Assembly: GCA_965214705.1 (NCBI GenBank)
Contig: OZ243972.1
Span: 64,001 to 128,000 of the forward strand
Source of the DNA: Alphaproteobacteria bacterium
GTDB lineage: Bacteria; Pseudomonadota; Alphaproteobacteria; UBA828
Length of the DNA: 64,000 nucleotides
Direction: 5' to 3'
In this document: in pieces, positions 62,474 through 64,000 of the stretch
How the letters are laid out: every line of letters starts with the position of its first letter
How positions within the stretch are numbered: the first letter of the stretch is position 1
Notes under the pieces: generated by a model
The model's database searches: none
What the model was told of the DNA's origin: nothing
Seen by the model: the letters and a program-made list of their open reading frames with translations, nothing else
Made by a program: the position numbers and the translations under genes

Positions 62474-62971
62474 CTACGTCGTTTGGCCGATCTCGTCGAG
62501 GCGCTCTTGCAGCGCGAGCCGGCCGATGCTGGTGAGCGGCAGGCTGGTGAAGATCGAGATGCGCGCATAGAGCATTCGGTGGGTCTCAGAGAACGCGTAG
62601 CGGATCTCCGCGTCCGTGCCGCCTGCCGCGGCGGGGTCGGGCACGCCCCAGTGAGCACTCATCGGCTGGCCGGGCCAGACGGGGCAGACCTCGGCGGCGG
62701 CGTTGTCGCAGACCGTGAAGACGAAATCCAGGTGCGCCGCGTCCGGGCCCGCAAACTCGTCCCAGCTCTTCGACCGCGCCCAGTCGGTCCCGTAATTCAG
62801 GTTCTTGAGCAGGTCAAGCGCGAAGGCGTGCACGGCGCCCGTGGGCCGGGAGCCGGCGGAAGCGGCCTTGAAGCGGCCCTGGCCCACCCGGTTCAGAATC
62901 GCCTCCGCCAGGATCGAGCGGGCGGAGTTGCCGGTACAGAGAAACAGCACGTTGTAGACCCGGTCGGACAT
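62474..62971 (-). CDS. arsC: Arsenate reductase ArsC (LMW-PTP family)
   Basis: FLCTGNSARS, SAGS, TVCD, CPVWPG, HWGVPDP. Confidence 0.9.
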   Translation of the reverse strand: MSDRVYNVLFLCTGNSARSILAEAILNRVGQGRFKAASAGSRPTGAVHAFALDLLKNLNYGTDWARSKSWDEFAGPDAAHLDFVFTVCDNAAAEVCPVWPGQPMSAHWGVPDPAAAGGTDAEIRYAFSETHRMLYARISIFTSLPLTSIGRLALQERLDEIGQTT

Positions 62972-63089
62972 GTCTTCCCCCTGGCTCAAGGCCGCCCGCG
63001 GCGCGCGCAAGCCACGCAGTCTGCGCCACGCTGCAGCAAGACTGCCCCATTCGTGTGACGGTTCGATGAACCTTCCGAGACGTGCCCGC

Positions 63090-63310
63090 ACGGAGGTGGC
63101 GTTTCGCGCCCGCGTGCGTTAGCGTGGGCCGGTCACGCAGCGTGGGAAGCCGGTGACGCCTGCCCTCAGTGAGGCGCGGGCCAGTCCGGCGCTGCCCCCG
63201 CAACTGTAAGCGGCGAGACGGACCCCGTGCGCAATTGCGCGGGCCACTGATCCGCAAGGATCGGGAAGGCCGGGCCCCGTCGACGACCCCGAGCCAGGAG
63301 ACCGGCTGCG
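63090..63310 (+). ncRNA. Cobalamin riboswitch
   Basis: GGGAAGCCGGTG, CTGCCCCCGCAACTGTAA, GCCACTG, GGGAAGG, GAGCCAGGAGACC upstream of cobU; 5' boundary approximate. Confidence 0.9.
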
Positions 63311-63343
63311 CGGCAGGGCTGCAACGTCCTCGGAGGGAGGATC

Positions 63344-63883
63344 ATGGCGGGTCTCGATCAGGCGCCTCCCCCGGCGCGCATCACCCTCGTTCTCGGCGGC
63401 GCCCGCTCGGGCAAGAGCGCCCATGCGGAGGCGCTGCTGGACGACTGCGCGGGCCCCCGGCTCTACATCGCCACCGCGGAAGCGCGCGATGCCGAGATGG
63501 AGGCGCGGATCGCGGCGCACCGCGCCCGGCGCGGGCCCGGCTGGCGCACGGTCGAGGCGCCGCTCGCGCTGGCAGAGACGCTGGAGGCCGAGAGCCGCCC
63601 CGGCTCGGCCCTGCTGGTGGACTGCCTCACCCTCTGGCTCAGCAACATCATGGAGGCCGGCCGCGACATCGCCGCCGAGACCCAGCGCCTCGTCGCCTGC
63701 CTCGGCCGGCTGGAGGGGCGCACGGTGCTGGTCTCCAACGAGGTGGGCCTCGGCATCGTGCCGGAGAACGCGGCGGCCCGCGCCTTCCGCGACCACGCCG
63801 GGCGGCTCAACCAGGCCGTGGCCCATGCCGCCGGGCGGGTGGTCTTCGTCGCCGCCGGCCTGCCCATGACGCTGAAGCCGTGA
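63344..63883 (+). CDS. cobU: Adenosylcobinamide kinase/guanylyltransferase
   Basis: [40 protein letters not shown]. Confidence 0.95.
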   Translation: MAGLDQAPPPARITLVLGGARSGKSAHAEALLDDCAGPRLYIATAEARDAEMEARIAAHRARRGPGWRTVEAPLALAETLEAESRPGSALLVDCLTLWLSNIMEAGRDIAAETQRLVACLGRLEGRTVLVSNEVGLGIVPENAAARAFRDHAGRLNQAVAHAAGRVVFVAAGLPMTLKP

Positions 63884-63890
63884 GAGCGTC

Positions 63891-64000
63891 GTGAGCGCCC
63901 CCCGCATCGCCTCGCTGGTGCCGAGCGCGACCGAGATCGTCGCGGCGCTGGGCTGTGCCGAGAGCATCGTCGCCCGCAGCCACGAGTGCGACTGGCCGCC
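63891..64000 (+). CDS. Cobalamin-binding protein (BtuF-like), N-terminal part only
   Basis: [17 protein letters not shown]...[10 protein letters not shown]; follows cobU. Confidence 0.75.
   Translation, partial: MSAPRIASLVPSATEIVAALGCAESIVARSHECDWP

Overview
High-GC alphaproteobacterial (Rhodospirillales-like, inferred from gene order and content) chromosomal window. Left to right: a complete clade I nitrous-oxide reductase cluster (nosRZDFYL plus the start of nosX) with an FNR-type box; a beta-hydroxyacid dehydrogenase; vapBC with a frameshifted toxin; two MalK-like ATPases and a DSD1-family PLP aldolase; a denD-like dehydrogenase split by a 2.67 kb IS91-like element carrying a tyrosine recombinase; a class IV aminotransferase; kdsA-pyrG-secG-tpiA and ppiD. 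A ~13.6 kb accessory block follows, with an Urt-type amide ABC transporter, N,N-dimethylformamidase-like small and large subunits, a Rieske-oxygenase homologue with remodelled metal ligands, a small unknown protein and a Sel1 protein. Then come trpD-trpC-moaC-moeA, yggS, a LIV-type ABC/LLM monooxygenase/SDR operon, a phasin, purN, hdaA, ppk-ppx, tRNA-Leu, gmaS/glnT, an orphan Mu-gp27-like (DUF3486) gene, tRNA-Arg, an AT-rich DUF4145/HEPN-like gene, arsC, and a cobalamin riboswitch with cobU and a btuF-like start. The most unusual signals are (1) an orphan small-terminase-like gene carrying twelve helically phased 10-bp GGGAT repeats, flanked by covarying structured repeats, with shorter GGGAT arrays at two other loci; (2) the DMFase operon with a pseudo-Rieske protein; and (3) the end architecture of the IS91/recombinase element. 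All family assignments come from motif recognition by eye; no database searches were run.
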